A stretch of DNA of 64,000 nt from Dehalococcoidia bacterium. GTDB lineage: Bacteria > Chloroflexota > Dehalococcoidia > UBA2979. Position 1 is the stretch's first letter. Every line of letters starts with the position of its first letter. The stretch is from the NCBI GenBank assembly GCA_963667465.2, contig CAXXDN010000002.1:832001-896000 (forward strand), given 5' to 3'. Under the pieces are notes generated by a model. That model was not told the origin of the DNA. It did no database searches and saw nothing but the letters and a program-made list of their open reading frames with translations. The translations under genes and the position numbers were made by a program. Positions 54,568-64,000 of this stretch are shown here, in pieces.

Positions 54568-56769
54568 CTACCACGCCACCTCGCGCGCCTCGAGGGCGGC
54601 GATCTCGTCCGGCGGCCGGCCGGCGAGGTCGCGGAGCACGGCAGCGGTGTGCTCGCCGAGCCGCGGAGCGCGGCGGTTCGAGTCGTAGCGCTCGCCGTCG
54701 AGCACCCAGGGACTCGCGGCATGCATGTGATGCTCGCCCGGCGCGACGCGGTAGAGACCGCTCGAGGAGTGCGCGGCCCCGGTTAGCCCCGCCTCTCGCA
54801 CGAGCTGCCGCAGATCCAGCACGCGCTGCGCGGCAAGTCCCCGGTCGCGTAGCAGCGTCTCCAGTTGCTGCGCCTCGCGTTGGAGACTCACGGCGCCCAG
54901 CCGCCTCGCCAGCTCGCGTGGCGTCTCTCCGGCCTCCGGGCCGTCCGCTCCGAGGGCGCTCGCGAGGCGATCGACCTCCTCGGGTGACTCGCAGACGACG
55001 GCAACCCACTCCTCGTGGAGGCAGGGCAGGCACTCGCTGAAGGCGGGCACGGGCAGCTCGAAGCCGCGCGTGGCTTCGAGCTGCCCGGGAGCACCCTCGC
55101 GCGGCGGATAGTTGCTCCCGAGGTAGCGGTGCAGTGCCGCCGAGGGGCCGAACAGGTCTACCTCGATCAGCGCGCCGCGCCCGCTGCGCGCACGCCGCTG
55201 GAGCGCATCGATCATCGCGAAGGCGAGCACGAAGCCTGCCTGCGGGTCGGGGTAGGCGATGCTGCGGTCGATCCACGGCTCCCCCTCGCCCTGGTAGCCG
55301 AAGCCACAGGCGAGCAGCATCGCGTAACCGAATCCCACGAGACGCGACAGCCGGCTGTCCGGGTGGTAGGCGGAGAGCCGCCCGATGATCAACCCCGGAT
55401 TCGCCTCCCACAGCGCCTCCGCCGAGAGCCCGAGGCGCTCCGCGACGCCGGGAGTGAAGTTGGAGACGACAATGTCCGCCTGTGCAGCCAGCTCGCGGAA
55501 CAGCTGCTGCCCCTCGGCGGTTCCGAGGTTGACCGTGGCGCTCTCCTTGCCCTGGTTCGTCTCGCGAAACGAGCCCTTGCGGTCCCACTCGGGCAGGTCG
55601 ATGTCGGGCAGCGAGAGCTCGCCGATGCGCGAGCGCGTGTGGTCGAGGCGGTTCCGCGACTCGACCTTGATCACGCGCGCGCCGAGATGCGCGAGCTGCG
55701 CGGTGCTGAGCGGTGTCGCCCAGACCGTGCTGAGATCGAGCACCGTGACGCCCTCGAGCGGCAGCGCCAGGTCGATCGCGCCCGCGCCCTGCGAGGGCGG
55801 GGTGGACGCCGGGGAGGGCGTCGAACGGTAGAGCCAGTCGCGCACGTCGGAGCTGCCGGACAGCTCCTCTTCGTACTCCTCGACGCCGGGCGGAGCGAGG
55901 GCGAACGCAAAGGGCAGCCGCTCGCGCAGCGCGAGGTCCATCAGCTCGTCGCAGCTGCGGGTGGCGAACCACGGGGCGAGCCGCGGTTCGAGGACGTCCC
56001 AGTTCTCGCCTCGCAGGCCGCGGTGGGCGAAGATCTCCCAGCTCGCCCATTCCGGGTCGTCCATCTCGTGCATGAGGCGCTGCCACTGCTCCTCGCTGGT
56101 GCAGAGCACGAAGAGGTCGCCGTCCGAGGCGCTCATCACCTCCATCGGCTGGAACAGCGCCGATCCGAGCCGCGTCGGCGAAAGGCCGGCGTAGGTCCAC
56201 TTCACCACCTCGCCGGCCGAGCAAATCGAGAAGCACTCGTGCTTGGTCAGCTCGATCAGCTGACCCGCGCGACCGTGCGCCGAGGCGAGCAACAGCGCCA
56301 TCGCGGCGTAGGAACCGGCAATCGTCTCCGTCTGGTGCTCGTGAAGCACCAGCGGGCGCCCCTCGGGGTCACCCGAGGCTCCGGTGAGGTGGAGCACGCC
56401 CGAGGCAGCCGAGATCGTCAGGGCGCCTCCTCGCGGTGCGTCCGGTGCACGCCCGAACGCGGAGATCACGACCGCGGGAGAGGGCAGCCCGTCCGGCAGC
56501 GCGCCATCCGGCCAGCCCGCGCGATCGTCGAAGTCGATGAACAGCGCCGAGGCGTCGAGGTCCGCGAGCGCATCCGCGACCGAGGCGAAGGAGGCGGTGG
56601 CGCCCTTGCCGTCCTCGCTCCAGGCGGCGCGCACTGTGACGCCCTCGGCGGCTCGTTCGAGCAGCCGGACCTCACGTCCGGCGCGGCGCAGCAGCAGCGA
56701 GGCCCACTCGGTCGTCGCGGTGCGCCCGGCGAGGAGGATCGGGCGGTCCGGTCCGGGCGCTGCGCTCAT
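54568..56769 (-). CDS. Tandem class III CoA-transferase with divergent N-terminal half
   Basis: Second half LEGVTVLDL, LGARVIKVES, NQGKES, YPDP; first half retains ISAFG; GAGGAG RBS. Confidence 0.85.
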   Translation of the reverse strand: MSAAPGPDRPILLAGRTATTEWASLLLRRAGREVRLLERAAEGVTVRAAWSEDGKGATASFASVADALADLDASALFIDFDDRAGWPDGALPDGLPSPAVVISAFGRAPDAPRGGALTISAASGVLHLTGASGDPEGRPLVLHEHQTETIAGSYAAMALLLASAHGRAGQLIELTKHECFSICSAGEVVKWTYAGLSPTRLGSALFQPMEVMSASDGDLFVLCTSEEQWQRLMHEMDDPEWASWEIFAHRGLRGENWDVLEPRLAPWFATRSCDELMDLALRERLPFAFALAPPGVEEYEEELSGSSDVRDWLYRSTPSPASTPPSQGAGAIDLALPLEGVTVLDLSTVWATPLSTAQLAHLGARVIKVESRNRLDHTRSRIGELSLPDIDLPEWDRKGSFRETNQGKESATVNLGTAEGQQLFRELAAQADIVVSNFTPGVAERLGLSAEALWEANPGLIIGRLSAYHPDSRLSRLVGFGYAMLLACGFGYQGEGEPWIDRSIAYPDPQAGFVLAFAMIDALQRRARSGRGALIEVDLFGPSAALHRYLGSNYPPREGAPGQLEATRGFELPVPAFSECLPCLHEEWVAVVCESPEEVDRLASALGADGPEAGETPRELARRLGAVSLQREAQQLETLLRDRGLAAQRVLDLRQLVREAGLTGAAHSSSGLYRVAPGEHHMHAASPWVLDGERYDSNRRAPRLGEHTAAVLRDLAGRPPDEIAALEAREVAW

Positions 56770-56877
56770 CGTGCTCCTCCGCCTGACGGCCGCACGGTCC
56801 AACGCCGCCGCCTCGCGGTCAAGGCGGCCCCGCGCCGCGGCCGCTACCATGAAGCCCGCCGCGCCCGAGGAGACGCC

Positions 56878-58857
56878 GTGCCACAGGCAGCACCGCAGCC
56901 CCGCCCCGTCGACAGCAGCTTCGTGCTCGACATGCCCGTCGCCGGCTCGCCCGCGATTCGGCCCGGCGACGGGGCGGTCGCCTACGTCGTCACGCGCGTC
57001 GACCGCGAGACGCTGGCGACCGAATCGCACATCGAGCGTGTGCCGTTCGGCGGCGGCACGGCACGGCGGCTCACCGAGGGGCCGCACGACGCGTCGCCGC
57101 GCTGGTCGCCGAACGGCGGCACGCTCGCCTTCGTGCGCCGCGAGGAGGAGGGACCACCGCAGCTCTGGCTCCAGCCCGCGGGCCACGGCGAGGCGGATCA
57201 ACTGACCTCGCTGCGCGGCGGCGTCGCCGAGTTCGTCTGGTCGCCCGACGGCGCGACGCTCTACTGCACGAGCGACGTCGACCCCGATGCCCTGCCTGCC
57301 TCGGACGAACGGGATCCGCCCGTGCCGCGCGTGCGCGAGGTGCACGAGATCTACTACCGGGGCGACACCATCGGCTGGCGGGGCCGGACGAGCCGGCAGA
57401 TCTACGCGGCGCCGGCGGCGGGCGGGCGCGCCCGGCGGCTCACTCGCGGCGACTTCCAGCACCGGGCGCTCGCCGTCTCGCCCGACGGCGCGATCATCGC
57501 CTTCGCCTCGGACCGCTCACGCAGGCGGCACGAGCGGGCGCCGTGGGGCGCGGAGCTGTGCGTGATGCCCGCCGAGGGCGGTCGAGTGCAGCGGTTCGCG
57601 CGCGACGTGGTCGCCGTCGGCGGCATCGCCTGGCGGCCGGGGCGCGCGCCTGGCGAAGAGCAGATCGCCTTCGTCGGCGCGCCCGAGGACAACACCTGGC
57701 AGCGTTACGTCTACCTGCTCGACCTCGCCTCGGGCGAGTGCCGCCGCCTCACCGACGACTCGATCGACCCGCAGACCGGGTTCTTCCCCATTGCCCCCGC
57801 TCCCCCGCTGGTCTGGCGCGACGAGCGCGTGCTGTTCCTCGCCGACGCGGCGGGCGCGTCCGGCATCTACGCGGTGGCGCCCTCGGGCGAGCTCGAGGCC
57901 GTGCGCGCGCGGCGCGAGCTCATCGGTGGCCTCGATGCGACCGCGGGTGGCGACCGGCTCGCCTTCTCCTCATCGAGCGCCACCGCCGCGCCGCAGGTAA
58001 GAACGCTCGACCTGCGCGCGGGGCGCGGTCGCGCGGTCACCCGGGTCGGCGCGGACTACCTCGCGGCGCACCCACCGGGGCATACCGAGCGCTTCCGCGT
58101 GCGTCGCGCCGGCGAATCGATCGAGGCGCGGTTGGTGCATCCGCCGGACTTCGACGCCTCGCGGCGCTACCCGCTGGTCCTCGAGATTCACGGCGGGCCG
58201 AATGCGTTCCACGGCGACGGCTTCAGTACGCTGCACCAGGTGATCGCGGGCGCAGGCTTCCTCGTGCTCGCGGTCAACCCTCGAGGCTCCAGCAGCTACG
58301 GGGCGGAATTCACGGCGCAGGTCTTCGAGGACTGGGGTGGCGAGGACTACCTCGATCTGCTCGCCGCCGTCGACGTCGCCTGCCGCCGCCCCTACGTCGA
58401 TGAGGATCGGCTGGGCCTGCACGGCTACTCCTACGGCGGCTATATGAGCAGTTGGATCGTCGGGCACAGCGAGCGCTTCCGCGCGGCGGTGATTGGTGCG
58501 CCGGTCACGAACCTCATCTCGATGTACGGGCAGACCGACATTGCCGTATCGTTCGGCGAGCGTCAGTGGGGCGGGCTGCCGCAGGAGAACTGCGACCATT
58601 ATGTCGAGCGCTCCCCGCTCAGCTACGCCGACCGCGTGACGACGCCGGTGCTGCTGCTCCACGGAGAGGACGACATTCGCGTGCCGATCTCGCAGTCCGA
58701 GGAGTTCTACGTGGCGCTTAAGCGGCGCGGCAAGACGGTGGAGTTCGCGCGCTTCCCCGGCTGCTCGCACCTCTTCCTGCGCAGCGGCCACGCCACGCTA
58801 CGCAAGGAGTACTACGACCGCTCCGTCGCCTGGCTCCAGCGCTGGTTGGCGTCGTGA
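56878..58857 (+). CDS. S9 family peptidase (acylaminoacyl peptidase-like) with beta-propeller
   Basis: WSPDG repeats, IHGGP, NPRGS, GYSYGG, HGEDD.RVP, H; GAGGAG RBS. Confidence 0.93.
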   Translation: MPQAAPQPRPVDSSFVLDMPVAGSPAIRPGDGAVAYVVTRVDRETLATESHIERVPFGGGTARRLTEGPHDASPRWSPNGGTLAFVRREEEGPPQLWLQPAGHGEADQLTSLRGGVAEFVWSPDGATLYCTSDVDPDALPASDERDPPVPRVREVHEIYYRGDTIGWRGRTSRQIYAAPAAGGRARRLTRGDFQHRALAVSPDGAIIAFASDRSRRRHERAPWGAELCVMPAEGGRVQRFARDVVAVGGIAWRPGRAPGEEQIAFVGAPEDNTWQRYVYLLDLASGECRRLTDDSIDPQTGFFPIAPAPPLVWRDERVLFLADAAGASGIYAVAPSGELEAVRARRELIGGLDATAGGDRLAFSSSSATAAPQVRTLDLRAGRGRAVTRVGADYLAAHPPGHTERFRVRRAGESIEARLVHPPDFDASRRYPLVLEIHGGPNAFHGDGFSTLHQVIAGAGFLVLAVNPRGSSSYGAEFTAQVFEDWGGEDYLDLLAAVDVACRRPYVDEDRLGLHGYSYGGYMSSWIVGHSERFRAAVIGAPVTNLISMYGQTDIAVSFGERQWGGLPQENCDHYVERSPLSYADRVTTPVLLLHGEDDIRVPISQSEEFYVALKRRGKTVEFARFPGCSHLFLRSGHATLRKEYYDRSVAWLQRWLAS

Positions 58858-59363
58858 GCCTCGCCGACGAGACCGCCGCCGCCGCGCGAGAGGTCGTCGA
58901 GCGCATGGCCGCGCGCGGCCTGCGCCTCGCGACGGCCGAGTCGACGGTCGGCGGGCTGATCGGGCACGCGCTCACCGACGTGCATGGCGCCTCGCGCGTT
59001 TTCCCCGGCGGCATCACGGCCTACGCGAATCCGCCGAAGCAGACCCTCCTCGGCGTCCCCGCCGATGTCATCGAGGCGCACGGCTCCGTCTCCGCCGAGA
59101 CCGCGCTGGCGATGGCGCAAGGGGCGCGGACGGCGTTCGGCGCCGACCTCGCAGTGTCGGAGACCGGCATGGCGAGTGCGTTGCCGCCGGAGCGCGCCAA
59201 CCCCGAGCGACCGGCCGGCCTCTACTTCATCGCCATCGTAGCCGAGGACTTTGAGCGCGCCGAGCGGAACGTCTTCCCCGGCGATCGCGAGGAGACGAAG
59301 CAGCGCGCTGCCGCCGCCGCGCTGCGCCTGGTCCTCGGCTACCTCGACTCCACCGAGGGGTAG
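58854..59363 (+). CDS. CinA C-terminal/PncC NMN amidohydrolase family
   Basis: LATAES..GG, GAS..F.GG..AY...K...LGV, G.VS.E.A.AMA.G. Confidence 0.88.
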   Translation: MSLADETAAAAREVVERMAARGLRLATAESTVGGLIGHALTDVHGASRVFPGGITAYANPPKQTLLGVPADVIEAHGSVSAETALAMAQGARTAFGADLAVSETGMASALPPERANPERPAGLYFIAIVAEDFERAERNVFPGDREETKQRAAAAALRLVLGYLDSTEG

Positions 59364-59370
59364 GCGGCGG

Positions 59371-60468
59371 CTACCGGGGGTAGACCAGCGTGCGCGCGAC
59401 CTCGCCGCGCTCCATCAGGTCGAAGGCGTCGTTGATCTGCTCCAGCGGGAGCCGCTCCGTGATCAGTTCGTCGAGCTTCAGCTTGCCCGCCATGTAGAGG
59501 TCGACGATGCGCGGGATGTCGGCGCGCGGGTTGGCGGCGCCGAAGCCGCTGAACTGCAGCCCCTGGCGGCCCGCCATCAGCTGCCACCACGGGATCTCGA
59601 GGACCGCGTCCGCCGGCAGTACGCCGAGCACCCACATGTTGCCGCCCGGCTTGAGCGACGCCATCCCCTGCAACACCACCGCGGGGATGCCGATCACCTC
59701 GAACGCGTGATCGACGCCGATGCGCGTCAGCTCCCGAATCTGCGCGACCGGGTCGCCCTCGGAGGCGTTGACGGTGTGGGTCGCGCCGAACTCCTTCGCG
59801 AGCGCGAGCTTGGAGTCGAGCAGATCGACGCCGATCACCATCTCCGCCCCGGCGAGCGCCGCCGCCTGCACGGCGTTGAGGCCGACGCCGCCGCAGCCGA
59901 AGACGGCGACGCGATCGCCGGGCGCGACCCGCGCGTCGTTGAAGACGGCCGCAACGCCCGTCGTCACGCCGCAGCCGACGAGCGCGATCGTGTCGAGCGG
60001 CGCGTCCTTGCGCACCGGAATCGCGCCGGTCGCGGGGACGACGGTGTACTCGGCGAACGAGGAGACGAAGGACTGGTTGCTGATCCGCTCCGCGCCTTTG
60101 CTGAGACGGCTGGTGCCGTCGAAGAGCGCGCCGAGCGGGCGCATCGCGGCGATCCTGGGGCAGTCGCTGAAGCGGCCGGCGCCGCAGGCGAGGCACTCGC
60201 CGCAGTAGGGCCCGATGCTGAGCACGACGTGGTCGCCGACCTGCGGGCTGCCGACGCCGGGCCCGACCGCCTCGACGACGCCGGAGCCCTCGTGGCCCAT
60301 CACCATCGGCAGCGGCGAGGGGAAGTCGCCGTGGATGCGGTGCAGGTCGCTGTGGCAGACGCCGCTCGCCTCGATGCGGACGAGCACCTCGCCGGTCTTC
60401 GGCTCGGCGATCTCGATCTCCTCGATGGTCAGCGGCTCATGGATCGCTCGCAGCAGTGCTGCCTTCAT
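59371..60468 (-). CDS. Zn-dependent alcohol dehydrogenase
   Basis: GVCHSD, GHEG, CGEC..C structural zinc, GCGV.TG, GCGGVG. Confidence 0.93.
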   Translation of the reverse strand: MKAALLRAIHEPLTIEEIEIAEPKTGEVLVRIEASGVCHSDLHRIHGDFPSPLPMVMGHEGSGVVEAVGPGVGSPQVGDHVVLSIGPYCGECLACGAGRFSDCPRIAAMRPLGALFDGTSRLSKGAERISNQSFVSSFAEYTVVPATGAIPVRKDAPLDTIALVGCGVTTGVAAVFNDARVAPGDRVAVFGCGGVGLNAVQAAALAGAEMVIGVDLLDSKLALAKEFGATHTVNASEGDPVAQIRELTRIGVDHAFEVIGIPAVVLQGMASLKPGGNMWVLGVLPADAVLEIPWWQLMAGRQGLQFSGFGAANPRADIPRIVDLYMAGKLKLDELITERLPLEQINDAFDLMERGEVARTLVYPR

Positions 60469-60617
60469 GCTCGCTCCCTTCGTCGGGTTGTACGCGGCGA
60501 ACACGGTACACCGGAGCGGCTGTGGCGAGGGCGCGCGGGCGTGTATGATGGCGCCGCCGGGGAGCAGTTTCCCGGCAGTCGAAACACGCCACGTGAACAC
60601 CTTGTGGGGGAGAGCCG

Positions 60618-61436
60618 ATGGCCGAGGAAGCATACGAAGAGATTCTGGTCGAGAAGAAGGGCCATGTTGAGGTGATCACCCTCAACGTCCCGGAGAAGCT
60701 GAACCCGATCACGTTCCGCTCGCTCTACGAGATCATCGTCGAGATCGAGCGCGCTGAGCTGGACGACGAGGTCCGCTGCATCGTCTTCACCGGCGCTGGC
60801 CGTGGCTTCTCCTCCGGCGCGGACCTGAGCCGGGCCGCCGTGGATGGCCCGATCTACCGCGCGAAGCTGGGCGAGCGTGCGATGACCGAGTACCCCGGCG
60901 GGGTCCTCAGCTACGCGATCCAGAAGGTCGGCGAATGCCGTAAGCCCACCATTGCCGCCGTCAACGGCGTCGCAGTGGCCGCGGGTCTCGCGCTCATCCT
61001 CGCCTGCGACATCCGGATGGCCGCCGAGAAGGCGCGCTTCTCCACGATCTTCACGAAGCGCGCGATGGTCGTGCACGCCGGCATGTCTTTCTACCTGCCG
61101 CGTGTGGTCGGCGTCTCGCGGGCCCTCGAGTTGCTGTGGACCGACCGCTTCGTGATGTCCGACGAGGCGCTGGAGATCGGTCTCGTCAGCGCCGTCCACG
61201 AGGCGGATGATCTGATGCCGAAGGCGATGGAGCTGGCCGAGCAGATCGCCGCCGGCCCGACGATTACCCTCGAGCTGGACAAGAAGCTGATCTGGAACGC
61301 GATCGAGGCGCCGACGCTCCTCGAGGCGATGCAGGTCGAGGCCTGGGGCGGCTCCGTCGCGCACCAGACCGAGGACTCCAAGGAGGGCATGAAGTCCTTC
61401 ATGGAGCGCCGCGAGCCCGTCTTCCAGGGCAGATAG
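60618..61436 (+). CDS. Crotonase-fold protein lacking both canonical Glu
   Basis: FSSGADL, KPTIAAVNG, AAGLALILACD, F.ERR.P.FQGR. Confidence 0.88.
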   Translation: MAEEAYEEILVEKKGHVEVITLNVPEKLNPITFRSLYEIIVEIERAELDDEVRCIVFTGAGRGFSSGADLSRAAVDGPIYRAKLGERAMTEYPGGVLSYAIQKVGECRKPTIAAVNGVAVAAGLALILACDIRMAAEKARFSTIFTKRAMVVHAGMSFYLPRVVGVSRALELLWTDRFVMSDEALEIGLVSAVHEADDLMPKAMELAEQIAAGPTITLELDKKLIWNAIEAPTLLEAMQVEAWGGSVAHQTEDSKEGMKSFMERREPVFQGR

Positions 61437-61454
61437 TCCGGGGCAGATAGTCCG
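61427..61454. repeat. 14-bp tandem duplication (GGGCAGATAGTCCG)x2 spanning the stop codon
   Basis: Read directly. Confidence 0.85.
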
Positions 61455-61502
61455 GGGTCGGTAGCCCCGAGCCACCCGCCCGGAAACCGGACAGGCAAAC
61501 AC

Positions 61503-61530
61503 AGAGGCCGCCCTTCGCGGGGCGGCCTCT
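61503..61530. terminator. Probable bidirectional terminator between convergent genes
   Basis: AGAGGCCGCCC / GGGCGGCCTCT 11-bp perfect arms. Confidence 0.75.
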
Positions 61531-61562
61531 TCGTGCCTGGCGCCGCTCCGAGGACAGCGCCG

Positions 61563-64000
61563 CTACGGCGCGCCGAGCAGCGCTGCCAGGTCGTGCTTGT
61601 GCGAGAGGATGTCTGCCCAGGGGTCGCCAACCGCGGCGATGCGGGCGGGCGCGGTGAGGATCGTGAAGTCCCTCGGGTAGACCTCGTCGAGCTCGCCCCA
61701 GCGCAGCGGCATCGAGACGGGCGCGCCCGGCTTCGGGCGAGGTGAGAACGCCGCCGCGAGGTTCTTGATCCGCGCGTTCTGGTTCACGTCGAGGAAGATC
61801 TTCCCGCCTCGCTTTTCCACCGCCCACTCGAGCGTCACGTCGCGCGGGTGCGCGCGCTGCAGGAAGCCGCCGAACGTCTCCGCCACCGATCGCACCGCCG
61901 CGTAGTCGAACTGCCGCAGCACCGGCACCAGGATGTGCAGCCCCGTCGCGCCCGAGGTCTTCACGAACGAGGACAGCGAGGCGGCGTCGAGCAGCTCCTT
62001 CAGCCCTCGCGCGACCTCGACGGTCTTCGTGAAGGCGCGACGGTTCAGCTCCGGCTCGTCGCCCGCCTGCTCGGTACCGGCGTAGATGTACGGGTCGAGG
62101 TCGAAGAGTACGAAGTCGGGGTAGTTGAGCAGCGACCCCTCCACGTGCACCTTCGAGCCACTGAAGCTCGTGCCGAGGTGGCCCGCGTCCGGCTGCGGGC
62201 TGACGCGGGCGAGCGAGATGTGCAGCTCGAGGTCCGCGAGCTGCCCGAGCCAGAGCAGTGTCGGCAGGTTGTTGCAGAGGATCGCCTGCTGATCGCCGCC
62301 CGCCGAGTCGGTGTAGACCGTCACCGTCTCGACGAAGGCCGGCGGGTTCTCGTAGTGCTTCTGGTAGAACGAACCGCCCTCGATGCCGTTCGGGTAGCGG
62401 GTGAGGGTCAGCGGACGGTCGCGCAGGTGCGGCAGCAGCGAGGGCGAGACCTCGGCGAGGTAGCGCAGCAAGTCGCGCTTGGTGAGCGCGCGCTGCTCCG
62501 CCGTCTCCGGCCACAGCACCTTGTCGAGGTTGGTCACGGCGACTTCGGCGCTCGTGAGTTCGAGGTGCATCCGCTCGCCCTCGCGCGCGAGCTGGTCGAG
62601 CACGTCGCGGCTGTCGCCGCCCGGACCTACCGCCTCGCGCGCCTCGGTCGTCGGAGGCGGCGCGCTCGCGACGGCGTCCGAGCGCAGGACCTCCGAAGGC
62701 GGCTTGTCGTCGCGCAGGCGCACGAAGACGGGCGCGCGCAGCCGCTCGTCGTTGGTCCAGTTCGCGAACTCGACCTCGGCGACCAGCTCCGGGCGGACGA
62801 AGCGCACGCGGCCCGGCTCCGGTGGCGCGTCGGCGAACGGGTCATCCTCGGAGGCCAGCGCGTCGAGGCGTGCGCGCAGCTCGCCGAGCGCGCGATCGCT
62901 GAAGCCGGAGCCGACGCGGCCTGCGTAGCGCAGCGCGCCAGCCTGGTCGTAGCTGCCGAGCAGCAGCGCGCCGAAGCTGCCACGCCCCCCCTCGCCCTCG
63001 CGCCAGCCGCCGACGACGAAGTCGGCGGTGCGCCGCGCCTTCACCTTGAGCCACTGCGGCGAGCGCCGGCCGTCGAGGTAGGCGCCCTCCCGGCGCTTGG
63101 CGATCACGCCCTCGAAGCCGAGCGCGACCGCGGCGTCGTAGGCGGCGACGCCGTCCGCCTCGAAGCTCTGCACGGGCTGCAACAGCGGCCCCGGCCGCAG
63201 CGCCCGCGCCAGCACCTCGATGCGGTCGGCGAGCGGCACGCGGCGCAGGTCGAAGCCGTCGAGGTAGAGCAGGTCGAAGGGCAGGAACAGCACGGGCAGC
63301 TCGGCATCGGCGAGCGCGACATCCGCCTCACCGCCCAGATTCATGCGCTGCTGCAACCGCTCGAACGAGGGCGCGCCGTGCGCGTCGAGGGCGATGATCT
63401 CGCCATCGAAGATTGCGCTCGATACCGGCTGTGCTGCGATCGCCTGTGCGAGCGCGGGGTACTGCGCGGTCACGTCGAGGCCGCGCCGCGAGCGCAGCGT
63501 GGCCTTGCCGTCCTCGATGAAGGCGAGGGCGCGCATGCCGTCGAGCTTCGGCTCGAAGAGCCAGTCCGGGTTATCGAATGGCTCGTCCGCGAGGGCGGCC
63601 TGCATCGGCGCAAGCGCTCGCGGCAGCTCGCCACGCTCGACGCGGAGCAGCCCCGCGAGGTCGGGCGGCGTGCCGTGGCGCGCCGGATCGGGCAGGCGGC
63701 CCGCTTGCAGGTCGGCGATGGTGAGCCCGGAGATGACGGAAGCGTCCTCGGCGATGAGTTCGCGGGATGGATCGGCGGCCTCGTCGCGGTGCTTGATCAG
63801 CAGCCAGCTGCGCTGCTCCTCGCTGGTCCGCACGAGCGCCCACGAGCCCTTCAGCTTGCGCCCGCGGAAGGTGACGGACAGCTTGCCGGCCTCGATGCCC
63901 TCGAGGACGCGCGACTCCGCCTCGGCGCGGTCGTGGAAGAGCGTGCCGCCCTCATCGGGGGAGTAGGCGCCGTTGTCCCAGACGATCACCTCGCCGGCGC
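61563..64000 (-). CDS. ligD: DNA ligase D (phosphoesterase-ligase-polymerase order), 5'-truncated by window edge
   Basis: WD.G.Y/GSWALVR/WLLIK PE end, EPKLDG ligase motif I, EGVIAKR, WLKVK, then RYPNG, FDLDP, KTSGATGLH polymerase motifs. Confidence 0.95.
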   Translation of the reverse strand, partial: AGEVIVWDNGAYSPDEGGTLFHDRAEAESRVLEGIEAGKLSVTFRGRKLKGSWALVRTSEEQRSWLLIKHRDEAADPSRELIAEDASVISGLTIADLQAGRLPDPARHGTPPDLAGLLRVERGELPRALAPMQAALADEPFDNPDWLFEPKLDGMRALAFIEDGKATLRSRRGLDVTAQYPALAQAIAAQPVSSAIFDGEIIALDAHGAPSFERLQQRMNLGGEADVALADAELPVLFLPFDLLYLDGFDLRRVPLADRIEVLARALRPGPLLQPVQSFEADGVAAYDAAVALGFEGVIAKRREGAYLDGRRSPQWLKVKARRTADFVVGGWREGEGGRGSFGALLLGSYDQAGALRYAGRVGSGFSDRALGELRARLDALASEDDPFADAPPEPGRVRFVRPELVAEVEFANWTNDERLRAPVFVRLRDDKPPSEVLRSDAVASAPPPTTEAREAVGPGGDSRDVLDQLAREGERMHLELTSAEVAVTNLDKVLWPETAEQRALTKRDLLRYLAEVSPSLLPHLRDRPLTLTRYPNGIEGGSFYQKHYENPPAFVETVTVYTDSAGGDQQAILCNNLPTLLWLGQLADLELHISLARVSPQPDAGHLGTSFSGSKVHVEGSLLNYPDFVLFDLDPYIYAGTEQAGDEPELNRRAFTKTVEVARGLKELLDAASLSSFVKTSGATGLHILVPVLRQFDYAAVRSVAETFGGFLQRAHPRDVTLEWAVEKRGGKIFLDVNQNARIKNLAAAFSPRPKPGAPVSMPLRWGELDEVYPRDFTILTAPARIAAVGDPWADILSHKHDLAALLGAP

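Noticed and set aside
55015-56877. N-terminal half of the 1280-aa ORF
   Set aside because: Antisense to the CoA-transferase; the S9 peptidase starts at GTG 56878 after GAGGAG
1-64000. CRISPR array, tRNA, rRNA, prophage or integrase
   Set aside because: No regularly spaced repeats, cloverleafs or phage/integrase motifs recognised by eye; small ncRNAs could have been missed

Overview
High-GC bacterial chromosomal window. The gene content and style (expanded SDR, class III CoA-transferase, luciferase-like and crotonase paralogs, F420-type enzymes, polA-mutM, panD-panB-panC, yebC-ruvC-ruvA, rarA, UDG-F5, ligD) suggest an aerobic Chloroflexota (Dehalococcoidia-like) organism; this taxonomy is an inference. 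Most of the window is catabolic, transport and DNA-repair genes. Accessory elements are two near-identical inverted IS481-family copies (1036 bp, 6-bp nCTAGn target duplications), three toxin-antitoxin pairs (RelE/HTH, MazEF, MNT-HEPN) and a cytochrome P450 remnant. The best candidates for unexplained biology are (1) a gene fusing a RelE/ParE-like domain to a superfamily 1 helicase (1171-3018), a possible one-gene defence or RNA-surveillance system, and (2) a pantothenate locus with a structured leader, a translationally coupled 26-aa uORF and an upstream ThnT-like Ntn hydrolase paired with a nucleophile-less alpha/beta hydrolase. No rRNA, tRNA or CRISPR array was recognised. All calls come from motif reading by eye; no searches were run.
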